Made by a program: the position numbers and the translations under genes. A stretch of DNA of 51,652 nt from Octopus bimaculoides (lineage: Eukaryota): assembly GCF_001194135.2 (NCBI RefSeq), contig NC_068982.1:92565086-92616737 (forward strand), in the 5' to 3' direction. Shown here piece by piece: positions 36,205-46,074 of the stretch. The notes beneath the pieces were generated by a model. That model made no database searches and was not told the DNA's origin. It saw nothing but the letters and a program-made list of their open reading frames with translations. Positions within the stretch are counted from its first letter, which is position 1, and every line of letters begins with the position of its first letter.

Positions 36205-36566
36205 GATCCATAAAATAAGTACTAGTAAAGTACTTGTGTTGACATAATTGACTTACTCATCCTTTAAAATAACTGAACTTCTGCTAAAATTTGAAACCAT
36301 TATTATTATTGTTATTTTATTGTTTGTCACACACCATCTGTTGTCGTTGGTGTAATACTGATGACAGCTATCCAGAAGCAGTGAATTGAGGTGGCTCCCT
36401 CAATAGTGAAATACTTTTCTAAGTATTCTATAATTATAATAATAATGAACTTATTGTATACAGTGCTCAGGTGCACTACAACTCAGAAAAATTAACCAAA
36501 ACAAGCATTTCCAAGGAGTGTTGCTTTCAGTATCACCACCACCACCGCTGCCACCGCCACTGCCGC

Positions 36567-36597
<31 letters not shown>

Positions 36598-36735
36598 GTC
36601 ATCATCATCATCATCATCATCATTAAGGCAGTGAGCTGCCAGAATTGTTAGCAAGCCAGGCAAAATGCTTTGCAGCATTTCATCCATCTTTAAGTTCAGT
36701 GTTCAAATTCTGCTGTGGTCAACTTTGCCTTTTTA
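36205..36735 (+). repeat. Second copy of a local duplication of 32890-33460
   Basis: Shared unique junctional sequence, e.g. TTTGTCACACACCATCT..GAGGTGGCTCC..TTGTATACAGTGCTCAGGTGCACTACAACTC..TTCCAAGGAGTGTTG, in the same order with flanking SINE parts. Confidence 0.88.
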
Positions 36736-37516
36736 AGTGGCATCAGCACCTGAAAGGACAAGCCTGTATATGTGGGAGGCAGCGATTTTACTTGGCTGGA
36801 TGAGTCTTATCAAGTACAGCAAATCACCACATCTCATGGTCCCCTGTAATTTCCTCAGTGAGGCCCAGTGTCCAAAGATCGTTATAAAGGGATGAATTAA
36901 TAATTCATATAAAGTGCCACAGATGATTACATGGAGTAAATAAAAATGTATAAAACAATATTTAAAACAAGATATATATAATGTTTAAACATTTATTTGT
37001 GTTAGTTCCTTCCTGTATTATTTACAACTGGAGATTCTGGAATCTACCACTTAGAGCTCTTGGATTACAATGAACAAGTAAAGGCCCACCTCTAGTGGAC
37101 TGATAATATACAACACTTCATAATGTGTCAGAAATTTGTACTAATATTCTGCCCTTTTTATCCTGTTACAATGTGACCCCATTTCCTTCTTGATCCATAC
37201 ATCATTTGGAAATTGCTGATATTTTATAAGATCTTTGCTAGTCTTGTGAAGGGCTGTGAATTTCATTTATTCAGGGTGAAGGCTGGTTCATCCTCTCAGA
37301 AGATGAATTGTTTTATGGTAAAGAGAGTCTCCCCTTCATGGGAGGTGTACCTTCCTGACTTTTTAACTGCCTTTAAGTCTTTTCTTTATATTTTCTGTAA
37401 CCTCCTCATTATTTATTTATGCTATTAAACTCTTGCAATGCTATCTTAATTGAAATTGTTTACATTTTTTATTTGTTTACAGGTAATTGGAAATATCTTT
37501 TTGGCATCATAAAACC

Positions 37517-37583
37517 ATGCTAAACCAAAAGGGAGCTCTTTTGTTTGGTTTTCTTGTACTCTGCTCTGTATTGAGTATAAGCT
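37517..37583 (+). CDS. Signal-peptide exon of an uncharacterised secreted Cys/His-rich protein
   Basis: Acceptor tttgtttacag| opens the exon at 37483; ATG at 37517 in AAAACCATG context; MLNQKGALLFGFLVLCSVLSIS; donor T|GTAAGT at 37583/37584 (phase 1). Confidence 0.8.
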
Positions 37584-38988
37584 GTAAGTATTTTATGAAT
37601 ATAATGCAAGATATTTACTAAAAGTTGTTATTGATGATGATAATATAGCAGAGTTATGATCAGAGATTAGGAGCTATGTGTGGTGTATGCTGAGAATAAA
37701 TTTTTCCCACAAGACTCCAAGGAGCTGATGCTTATTTATGATTTTCATAGCATTAAAAAGAAAAAAAAAAATTAGAGAAAAATCTGTCTGGAGTGAATGC
37801 CAGTCTATTGTGAGTAGCTTTCCTCTGTTAGGTATTGAAATTGACACTGGATAAAGTGTTAATTGCACAGTTTGGCAAAGATGTGAAATAAGAGAAAGAG
37901 ATGTGACCGAATTAGATAAAGTTGTTGGGAAGTGATATAAACTTTTTAGTTTGGTGAAAAGGAGCCATTGTAGAAGCTGGGTGAATAGCGAATGAAAGCC
38001 TCCCAACCAAAGGCACAGTATGGTGAGTGCAGGGTGTTCAGATCATACAGGTTAACTACTTTATATACATGCATTTACTGTAGTCAAAAGTATGTTACAT
38101 TTTTAAAAAGTGGTCAGTTTGGTCACCACATTGAGTACCCACAATCCATTGCTTCTGTGTATTGTTTCCTTGATAATTCTAACACAAAACTTAATCTGGC
38201 AGATAAACTTTTGTTAGTGATTGTGGATTATTTCATCCCAGTATTAGATATTCTAATTTCAGCCTGAATAACTGTATAACCTTATACAACACAGATGAAG
38301 TACATAAAATTATAAACATTTATGTGCAGGATATGTAGAAAAAATACAATGTAGATAACAAAGATAAACTTTAGAAAGGCAAGCTGGTCACTGAAAATAA
38401 AGCATACTTGATATCTAATAAAAAGGTAGAATTATTAACCTTAGTTTATGGAAAGAAACACTGGAGTCTGTTGAGATTTTGATAAACAACAATTTATTCT
38501 TTTCGTGCACTAAAAATGATAGTTGTCTTACTATAAACAACAAAACGTCGAGGGAATTTTTGTTCTTGGTGTTGTTGTAGTATCAGATAAAGTGTGGTTA
38601 GTTGCTTATTGGTTACTGACTTCCAATGTTGTAGGCCCTCCAACTGTTCATTGTTTTTGTGTTGTCAGCTGCAGTCCGCTGTCTCTGTCAGCCAACTTCT
38701 ACAGTGTCAGTCAATGCTTTCTCTGCAACATGCCAAAATTCTGTTTAGTGTTCATGATGTACTGACTTTATACTGCAAGATAGGTTCAGAATGAAGTGTG
38801 CCAAAACACAAAAAAAATCATTATTTGATGTGATGACGTGATCAGTCAGATTTCGTGGATCATGTAGGCAATATGAATTGTGATATTGGGCGATTGCTGA
38901 ATATTCCTACTACAAACCTATCAGGACTAAAAGAATAAAATGGTGGATATTAATAACATAGTTTAAACAACTTCTTGATAAATGAAAC

Positions 38989-39286
38989 CAGGGGTTTTCA
39001 AACTGTGGTCCACGGACCACAGGGGGTCCGCAATGACAAGACAGGGGGTCCGTGGACAGTAAATACTTTTTATGGGCAATTTGATTTTATATATGTTTTT
39101 TTAATCGAAATCTTTTAATTGACAATAAACCTATTTGTTAAATACTGTTAAATAAATAAATGTAAAAATATATGTTATTTTAAGCAAATATTTATGTATA
39201 AATTTCATAAGCATTTATAAGGGGGTCCTTAAGGTAAAGAGTGAAATATAAAGGGGTCTGCAAGTCAAAAAGTTTGAAAACCCCTG
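38989..39286. mobile_element. hAT-type MITE
   Basis: Perfect 16-bp TIR CAGGGGTTTTCAAACT / AGTTTGAAAACCCCTG; 8-bp TSD AATGAAAC / AATTAAAC (7 of 8 match). Confidence 0.92.
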
Positions 39287-39740
39287 AATTAAACAACTTT
39301 TTGATACATTTTGAAGATGTCAAAAATGAAGTGAGACCCAACAGAATTTGAACTTAGAGAAAGAAAAAGATTAATTAGATACTGTAAAATTGTTTCTGTC
39401 TAGCATCAGGCTAGCTATGTTCAAGTAAACCTATAACCAAAGGTATTTAAACCTTGACCACCTTGATCATCCTGTCTTTTTAGGAATATATGAGACTACA
39501 TTATCTAGTATGTCCTTTATTTTTTTTAAGATGGTAAGGTATAATTTAAAGAGATTTGACTGGTCTTTCTTGGAGGTTAAACATCTACCTAGAGGTTCCC
39601 TCAATAATTGTTAGTGTATCTCAAAAGCTTCAGCTTCATCTTCAGTTCTTTCATCACCATAAATATTATGAAAAATTTATTCGTGGTTTTGAATGTTACT
39701 TTCAAATATTTAATCATTGTTTCTTTTATTTTTGTTCCAG

Positions 39741-39848
39741 TTTCCACATGTACACACAAAGGTGTTGACCACCAGCAGGGTGAAAAATGGGGAGAAAAAT
39801 GTGTGAAATTTACCTGTCATAGAGACAAGGTTAAAGTGATACAATCTG
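39741..39848 (+). CDS. Module exon 1 of the secreted Cys/His-rich protein
   Basis: ttttgttccag| ... TCTG|GTAAGT; 108 nt, phase 1-1; (F)STCTHKGVDHQQGEKWGEKCVKFTCHRDKVKVIQS(G). Confidence 0.85.
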
Positions 39849-40139
39849 GTAAGTATTTCATTTAGCAAAGACCAAAGTCTTAGTAAGTAGGAAGGCAGAA
39901 AAATCACAAATCCCTTCAGGTAGATGGCCCTGCTCGATCTATAGAAAAGGCATAGGTAGAAACTCCATAAGATGTACCTGGTGTAAGCTATGGACACATA
40001 AAAGATGCAACAATATCAAAGGAAGGTTAACTGGGAAGGTAGTTTTTGTGTGTGGTAGCTGCACAGGGGCAATAAACACTGAAGATGTACAGAAAACAGA
40101 CTCCATCATATACCAAAGGTAAAAACTAGTAGTAGTTGA

Positions 40140-41065
40140 CAGCTTCCGTTACCTAGGTAACCAAGTCAGTAGTGAGGGTAAATGCACTGAGATCATAGCT
40201 GCTAGAATAAGAATATCCTGGGCAAAATTTAGGGAGGTTCTACCTCTGCTGGTAACAAAGGGCCTCTCACTCAGATTGAAAGGTAGACTGTATGATGCAT
40301 GTGTGTGAACAGCCATGCTACACAGTGGTGAAACATGGGCTGTGACTGCTGAGGACATGTGTAGGCTTGAAAGAAATGAAGCTAGTATGCTTTGCTAGAG
40401 GTGTAATGTCAGTGTGCATACACGACAGAGTGTAAGCACCCTGAAAGAAAAGTTGGACACAAGAAACATCAGATGTGGTGTGCAAGAGAGAAGACTGTGC
40501 TGGTATAGTCATGTGTTCTGTATCGATGAGAACAGCTGAGTGAAGAAGTGTCACATCCTAACAGTGGAGGGAAGCTGTGGAAGAGGTAGACCAAGGAAGA
40601 TCTGGGATGAGGTGGTGAAGCACAACCTTTGAATGTTGGGTCTCACAGAGGCAATGACAAATGACCAAGACCTTTGGATATTTACTGTGCTTGAGAAGAC
40701 CTGTTGAGACAAGCGAAATTGTAGTCATGGCTGATGCCAGTGCTGCCTGACTGGCACCCATGCTGGTGGCACATAAAAGGCAACATTTGAGTGTGGCCGG
40801 TGCCAGTGCCGATGGCACATTAAATAGCATCATTCGAGTGTGGTCGATGTCAGTGCTGCCTGACTGGCTCCTGTACTGGTGGCACATTGAAAGCACACAC
40901 TACACTCACGGAGTGGTTAGCATTAGGAAGGGCATCCAGCTGTAGAAACCTTGCCAGATCAGATTGGAGCCTGTGCAGCCTCCTGACTTGCCAGTCCTTG
41001 GTCAAACCGTCTAACCCATGCCAGCATGGAGAGTGGACATTAAACGACGACGACGACGATGATGA

Positions 41066-41070
<5 letters not shown>
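40140..41070 (+). mobile_element. RTE LINE 3' fragment with (GAT)n tail
   Basis: LPLLVTKGLSLRLKGRLYDACV..LHSGETWAVT..LERNEASML, then the 3'UTR and TAAACGACGACGACGATGATGAT. Confidence 0.9.
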
Positions 41071-41117
<47 letters not shown>

Positions 41118-41429
41118 ATATGTATATACATAATATTTAATATATATGTAAAATGTAATATATATATGTATATATATGTGTATGTTTGTGTGAGTGTGAG
41201 TGTGTGTGTCATTGTGGTTGAACTGTATTTGTCCCAATCATCACTTGACAATCAGTGTTGCTTTGTTTACATCCCTGTAATGTAGCACTTAGGCAAAAAA
41301 GGACCAATAGAATAAATACAAAACTTTTAAAACATATCTACTGGGCTTGATTTGTTCAACTAAACCCTTCAAGGTGGTGTTCCCTCATGACTGTAGTTCA
41401 GCAACTGAAACAAATAAAAGGTAACAGAT

Positions 41430-41556
41430 AGAAGATAATATCCACTTGCCCAAAGTGCCACACAGTGGCACCTTGAGGAAGTGTCTTTTACTATAGCCTT
41501 GGGGCCAACCAAAGCCTTGTGAGTGGATTTGGTAGATGGAAGCTGAAAGAAGCCTG

Positions 41557-41626
<70 letters not shown>

Positions 41627-42030
41627 GTATTTATGAGTATGTGAGTCTGTGTTTGTCCCCGCACCATTGTTTGACAACCAATGCTGGTATGTTTATATCG
41701 CTGTAACTTAACGGTTTAGCCAAAGAGACTGATAGAATAAGTACTAGGCTTACAAAGAATAAGTCCTGAGGTTGATTTTTTTCTAAAACCCTTTAAGGTG
41801 GTGCTCCAGCATGGCCACAGTCAAATGACTGAATCAAGTAAAAGAATACTGGTGAAAGAATGTATTGGTGCAACAAGGAGTAGAGGCATAACTGTGTTGT
41901 TAATAAATTTGTTTCACAGCCACATGGTTCCAGGCTCAATCTTCCTGCATGTCACCATGGGCAAATGTCTTCCTGCATAGCCTCAGGTTGACTTTGTGAG
42001 CAGAATTTAGTAAACTGTGTGGAAGGCTCT
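41430..42030 (+). mobile_element. SINE cluster (family B at about 41430-41540 and 41880-42030, another SINE-like repeat between) with (TA)n
   Basis: GGCACCTTGAGGAAGTGTC..AAAGCCTTGTGAGTGGATTTGGTAG; CACATGGTTCCAGGCTCAATC. Confidence 0.65.
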
Positions 42031-42712
42031 TGGTAGATTGGCAGAACTGTTAGAGAAAGTTTATTAAGTATGACAAACAAAAGTCATAACAGGTTAATAT
42101 AAGGTTGAATATAATTCTGGTGTGTTGGACTAGTTGTTCTTGATATCAATCCTTATGATACAACTTGCTGAAAATTCCTTAAGATCCAAATTAGTAACTC
42201 ATCATCATTATCATCATCATTGTTTCAACATCCACTTTTCCATGCTTGCATGGGTTAGATATTCTATGGCCAGATGCCCTCCCAGTCACCAACCCTCACC
42301 TGTTTCCAGGTGAAGTAATATTTCTCCCATGACCTGACATGTTATCATAGAATATTGGAAATGAATGACACTGCTTGTATGAGAGTGACAATTATTTTAC
42401 AACTATCATGTGATGTCACAATAAGGGAACACACACACACACACACACACACACACGATAGGCAGGACCGAACCCAAAACCATGTGGTTGGGAAACAAAC
42501 TTCTTACCACACAGTCATGCCTGGCCTTATCTAACAAGCCCCAAATATTTTATCCAATGTGTCTTTTCATTTTTTTTAAGACAATAGGATGTGATATGAC
42601 AAAAATTTGGTTGCTCTTTCTAACAGATCTACTGATCATGTAATGATTCCTCATTGGCTTGTGAAATGATGATGTTGATGTTCATATTGTACATATGTTT
42701 GTGTTTTTTTAG

Positions 42713-42826
42713 GTTGTGATGATGGTGCTATTTGCCGAAATGTTGGCAGTCATTGGACCAAAAACTGTATTGGCTATACTTGTGAAAATCACCATGGTAA
42801 ATTCAATTTGAAGAAAGTTACACTAC
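42713..42826 (+). CDS. Module exon 2 of the secreted Cys/His-rich protein
   Basis: gtgttttttttag| ... CTAC|GTAAGT; 114 nt, phase 1-1; (G)CDDGAICRNVGSHWTKNCIGYTCENHHGKFNLKKVTL(R). Confidence 0.87.
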
Positions 42827-43093
42827 GTAAGTTGATATACTTTTTCAATTCAAATTCTTTCATTACACTATATTTCTGGCACACAGAACTCACTAGCAAT
42901 AGTAACCTTGGTTGTCTATAAGAATAGACATGGTGGTCTTGGACAAGAAATTCACTTTGTAACCACCTGGTTTTGGATTCAGTCCAACTGTGTGGCACCT
43001 TTGGCAAATGTTTTGTACAGCTTCAGGCAAACCAATATCTTGTAAGTGAATTTGCAAGATGGTAACTGTGTGGAAGCTCATCATGTATATCTA

Positions 43094-43138
<45 letters not shown>

Positions 43139-43154
43139 GTATCTATCTATCTAT

Positions 43155-43445
43155 CTCAGTGAAGTTCATGGGGAGGGAGTACTGGAGGATCTTAGGAGTT
43201 GAGAAATTCTGTTGGAAAGTGTGTAACCTGATCAAGGGGTCGGTAATAGTGTCAACTGATCTGTAACAACGTTCTTGAGAAGGTAGCTGACTGAGTTAGT
43301 CGTAGATTAAGAGTGTTGACAGCTGCATTTGTAGGTGCAAGAACAGCCCTGTCACGAAGCCAATCTGGTTTTATGTATTCCATTGTAAGATTTGTGTAAA
43401 CAGTAGAAGATAAGTCATCAGAGCTGAAGAATGTGGCCAATATAT
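43155..43445 (-). mobile_element. Helitron PIF1-like helicase fragment
   Basis: VYTNLTMEYIKPDWLRDRAVLAPTNAAVNTLN, then SVDTITDPLDQVTHFPTEFLNS..PHEL; matches Helitron WL.ERAILAP.N and YPTEFLNSL...PPH motifs. Confidence 0.85.
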
Positions 43446-43504
43446 ACACACACACTCACATCTTCCATCTTATATATTATAGATAAAAACACACATACTC
43501 GTAT

Positions 43505-44005
43505 ATTAGGATGTCCCCCCCCCACAAAAAAAATGTATGCATACTTTGAAAGTTTATAAAGTCAGTGTTTATTAAGATATATTTCATTTTAAATTTAATA
43601 GAAATTACAGACAAAATTAAAATTTTTATGAATGTCTATTTTCAAACTGATGACTGTTCTAGTCCAGGCACTGCTGATGACAGGAAATAAGAAAATTGCA
43701 AACTTCAAGAAACATTTTGTTTGATATTTTATCTGTATTCTCATTCAATGGTTACCCTCAATTTGTCAACTGTCATTGGTTTTGTATTGTAAACTTAATC
43801 TTTTAATAGCCCCTTTAAAAAAATCTTGTGGTAAGAGGTCTAGAGAACACAGAGAGTATTCTACTGAACTTCTTCTTCCAGTCTGCCTGTTTGACAAAAA
43901 TCTCATCATATAGGCCCTAACACTATTATGGTAGTATAAAGGTGCCCCATCTTGCTGGAAATAAAACTTCACATTTTCAAAACCATTTTCAGTGCTTGGC
44001 ATGAT
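43505..44005 (-). mobile_element. Tc1/mariner transposase C-terminal remnant (DD37D/maT-like)
   Basis: FYFQQDGAPLYYHNSVRAY..RQTGRRSSVEY..SLDLLPQDFF, a decayed FQQDGAP.H..WIGR.G..WPPRSPDL.P.DFF; TIR-like TAGGATGTCCCCCC at about 43507. Confidence 0.8.
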
Positions 44006-44149
44006 AGATTACCATGGCAAGTTCAAGTAACTGGAACTGGTCACCCATTTGCGTCTCTATTCACCAGAGTAGGATGGTGCGAAAACTTATAAACAATGCT
44101 CTCAAGTAATTTAAATAAAATAAATGGAACTTATACTTTAAATCAGTAG

Positions 44150-44660
44150 ATCACCTTTGGCAATATGCTGTGCTTGAGAAGATGTGTCAAGCCAAGTGAA
44201 ATTGTAGTCGTGGCTGATACCGGTGTCACATAACTGGCACCTGTGCTGGTGGCACATAAAAAACACATTTCGACTGTTGGGCCTCACAGAAGCAATGTGG
44301 TTGCTGTCAGTGTTGCATAACTAGTACCTGTGCCAGTGGCATATGAAAAGCACCTTCCTATCTTTGGGTTTCATGGTGGCAATGACAAATGACCATGACC
44401 TTTGGCAATATGCTGTATTTCAGTAGAAGACCCATCAAGCCAAGTGAAATCATAGTCATGGCAGATACTGGTGTCATGCAAGTGGCATCTGTGCTGGTGG
44501 CATGTAAAAGTGCCCATTACACTCTTGGAGTGGTTGGCGTTAGGAAGGGCAGCCAGCCAAATCAAACAAGTCTGGTGTAGCCCCTCAGCATACCAGCCCT
44601 GGTCAAAGCATCCAACCCTTGCCAGCATGGACAATGGATGTTAAATACTGCTGCTGATGA
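44150..44660 (+). mobile_element. RTE LINE 3'UTR fragment
   Basis: CCTTTGGCAATATGCTGT..GTTGGCGTTAGGAAGGGCAGCCAGC..GCCAGCATGGACAATGGATGTTAAAT..GATGATG. Confidence 0.85.
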
Positions 44661-44667
44661 TGTTGAT

Positions 44668-45023
44668 CAATGATCTCAACTGGGCCCCATATGGCCCCAG
44701 GATAGCCATTAAAGATTTTGGGGGAGTCCACACAAGTGGAATAGTAACTTGGAGATCCACAGTATTATTTTAAGGGTCCATGAAAAAATTTTGCTTTAGA
44801 TGTGTTTATTGCAAGAAGCAGCTGGGTTTCTTTCTCTAACACTTAACATAGTTCAACATGTTTTTTACTAATTTATGCCAGTGAGTGTAGGAAAAACAAA
44901 ATAGGAATTTTGAAAGAAGTATCTATAAGACTATTTTTTAAAACATTGAATGGTTATGGGGCTCCACCAGAATAAAATAGTAATTGTATAGGTCCATAGA
45001 TAAAAAATGTCTGAGAACCCCTG
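44668..45023. mobile_element. Degenerate hAT-type MITE
   Basis: Right end TGAGAACCCCTG; decayed left end CAATGATCTCAAC; putative TSD ATGTTGAT / ATTTAGAT (6 of 8 match). Confidence 0.65.
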
Positions 45024-45053
45024 ATTTAGATATATATCTTTGAAATATTTCAG

Positions 45054-45179
45054 GTTGCAAAGGTCATGACCATAAATGCCACAAAATAGGATCCCACTGG
45101 AATGAGACAGTTCATGGAAACTGTATCACCCGTAAATGCATCAAGAAAGACCATTTGCCAGAAATTGTTAAACTGTCCA
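45054..45179 (+). CDS. Module exon 3 of the secreted Cys/His-rich protein
   Basis: tatttcag| ... TCCA|GTAAGT; 126 nt, phase 1-1; (R)CKGHDHKCHKIGSHWNETVHGNCITRKCIKKDHLPEIVKLS; no stop, so the gene continues. Confidence 0.87.
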
Positions 45180-45410
45180 GTAAGTATCTTTTATCTTTTA
45201 TCTTTTACTTGTTTCAGTTATTTGACTGTGGCCATACTGGGATACAGCCTTGAAGGGTTTTAGTCAAATGAATCAAACCCTGTACTTATTCTATCGGTCT
45301 CTTTTGCCAAATGACTAAGTTACTGGAACATAAGCAAATCAACATTGGTTGTCAAGTGATAGTGAGGAACAATCACAAACACATAGAGACAAGCACACAC
45401 ACACACGCGT

Positions 45411-45446
<36 letters not shown>

Positions 45447-45454
45447 TCTATATT

Positions 45455-45620
45455 TGACGGACTTCTTTCAGTTTCCATGCACCAAATCCACTCACAAGGC
45501 TTTATAGTCAGCCTGGAGCTATAGTAGAAGGTACTTGCCCAAGGTGCTATGTGGTGAGACTGAACCCAGACCGATGTGGTTGGGAAACAAACTTTTTATC
45601 ACACATGCCTGTGCCTTACA
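45455..45620 (-). mobile_element. SINE family B
   Basis: CTTCTTTCAGTTTCC..CCAAATCCACTCACAAGGCTTT..ACTTGCCCAAGGTGC..CTGAACCCAG..GTGGTTGGGAAACAA. Confidence 0.8.
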
Positions 45621-46074
45621 TTATAGTATATTATAAATATTTCATTACATATTTAATATATATTCTAAAGAATATATATTAAATAAATGTTACTGAAGAA
45701 CATTCTTTTGTTCATTCAGGAGATTTTACTGCTATTTTTAGTAGATCAAATTATTGTGCAGAAGCTCTCTCACTGAGTCATTGAAAATTGCTTGAAACAC
45801 ACAGGTAGTGTAATCAAGTAAGAATATAGTCATGAAAGCATTAACTGACACAATCTCTGACAACCAGAGGGTAAATAATTTTAGAGAGTATCAATACTGT
45901 AGTGCAATATCTTCATCATAATTTGGTAGAAAAAAGAAATTCGCATTCTAAACTAATAAAGATAACAACAACATACATACATACATACTGACACATAATA
46001 TATTAAGATATGTGTGTGTGTATATATATATATATATATTAACTTTCACTATCTCTGATAACAAGAGAGTAGAC

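Noticed and set aside
45720-45785. Possible next exon after a good acceptor (cattcttttgttcattcag|)
   Set aside because: The sequence is a dispersed repeat also seen at about 18270, 39540 and 42600, and it encodes no module motif.
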